Shown here: positions 62,479 through 64,000 of the stretch, in pieces | Layout: each line of letters opens with the position of its first letter | Position numbering within the stretch: position 1 is the stretch's first letter | Source: Hydrolagus colliei | Taxonomy: Eukaryota | Assembly: GCA_035084275.1 (NCBI GenBank) | Contig: CM068745.1 | Location: 47,616,001 to 47,680,000, forward strand | Direction of reading: 5' to 3' | DNA: 64,000 nt | Translations under genes and position numbers: made by a program | Notes under the pieces: model-generated | What the model saw: the letters and a program-made list of their open reading frames with translations, nothing else | What the model was told of the DNA's origin: nothing | The model's database searches: none

Positions 62479-64000
62479 GTTTCAAACCAACCTTTCTTGT
62501 ATATAAGAATAATAGTAATAAGAATGGTAGTAATAATAATAATCATAATCCATGAATTTGCTATACAGCCTTTAATTATGGGATATTATTGATACAGCTA
62601 TTTCCTTGGCTTTCATTCTTAATCTAGTGTGCGTTATTGGGGAATATACTCTTATTTGCAGACCATTCAACATATGTGGATATAGAAATCTACTCATTCA
62701 GTAAAACTTGCAGTTTCAGGTAAGATGAAACTGCAAATAATGCCTCAAAAAAGCATAAGACATGTATACAAGAATTGATCGTTCTTGGCTGCCTTTAAGC
62801 TAATTATATACTACTATCTTCATAGCTACTATCATGGCTGAAGATCCTATCATTCATATTTGTATTGACTGAATATGCCTTTTTGACTTTTGTGCCCAAT
62901 GCTGCCACCCAACATCTGTTTTCCAGTCAACGCACCTGTTATGTTATTGTTAAGGGGAATTGGAGGAAACAAAAAGGCCAGATGGTTGCAAAGTTCATCA
63001 GGCCCCAGATTTGTATATAGTGTATAATTTTAAATGTTTTTGATGTCACACATATCATATCTTTAATGCACTTCTGTGTAATCGCAAAATAAATTTCATG
63101 CTGTTCCAAGGGGAGTTCATGCAAGTACTATTCATTGCTTGAAGGCCTTTAATCACTTTACTGACATCTATTGGATAAATTATTTTTATTCCACATGTCC
63201 TGCAGCATGTCAAATAAAGATGATACTCTGTGACAGTACGTTTAGCACAATGTGATGTGTACTATTAATGAAATTTCTTATTTTATGTTAACACTTCATC
63301 AAAATGTGCTAAAGTGATCACCATGATCCTTTGGTGTATTTCTTCAATATAACTTAGAGTATTAGAATATGAAATGTTTCTTGTATATGGGAAATCAACT
63401 GTTGGTGTTAATTCAATTTCAAAATTAAGCTTGCTTTTCATATTACAGTATATTATAATCTGTGAATAAATTGTAAATGCATACATGAAGGAGTTGTACA
63501 TCTCTTTATTGGTGTAAGTATAAACCAACAGAATGTTTGATTGATAAGACATTTTATTGGTTAATTAATAAATTAAGAGAAATTTCCACTACAAATTTGA
63601 TATGACACATAATACTTGTGGTTAACACATGGGCAGAGCAATTCATACAGATCTGCAAAGATATAAATAAATAACTGCGTCTTTGTCCAAACATTTCTCA
63701 TGATGCCAGAAAAGTTCAGTACTACAGCCCCAAATTTTGCATGCTTTTAGTTTTAAGATCAATGCCCTAAAATTTAAGATCATGCAATTTTTATACAAAA
63801 ACTTTAATAAATTATAATTTAAATTCATAAATTAAAAGGTCTCAAAAGGCTTCACAATAACTATTGTTAAATACAGTATTACTATTTTCAGGAAAACTAC
63901 CTTATAAATATCATGGGCAATGGGCAGCAATAGGGAAAGCACAGCAGACATGGACTATCGCAAGTGGCAATGGACAGGAAATGTCTTATTTTATAAAATG

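Overview
Vertebrate, AT-rich genomic DNA, very probably from a cartilaginous fish: the SINE, L2, CR1 and Penelope repertoire resembles that of the elephant shark Callorhinchus milii (inference, not a database result). It contains one protein-coding gene, an 865-aa SLITRK5 orthologue on the minus strand with an intronless CDS (45398-47995). The gene has a predicted 5'-UTR intron (48051-48970), a CpG- and G-run-rich upstream region with an RE1/NRSE-like site, and an apparently TE-free 3' region. The rest is gene desert filled with tRNA-derived SINEs, older Deu-domain SINEs, L2 and CR1 LINE fragments, two solo LTRs, a TA-flanked MITE and Penelope-like relics. There are three assembly gaps. The most notable items are decayed minimal hammerhead-ribozyme motifs in Penelope terminal repeats (with a GIY-YIG relic elsewhere in the window), nested insertions clustered in the SINE 3' stem-loop, chimeric SINEs with swapped tails, and an inverted duplication at 62 kb. 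I cannot support a wholly new biological system from this sequence alone. All alignments were done by eye and repeat boundaries are approximate.
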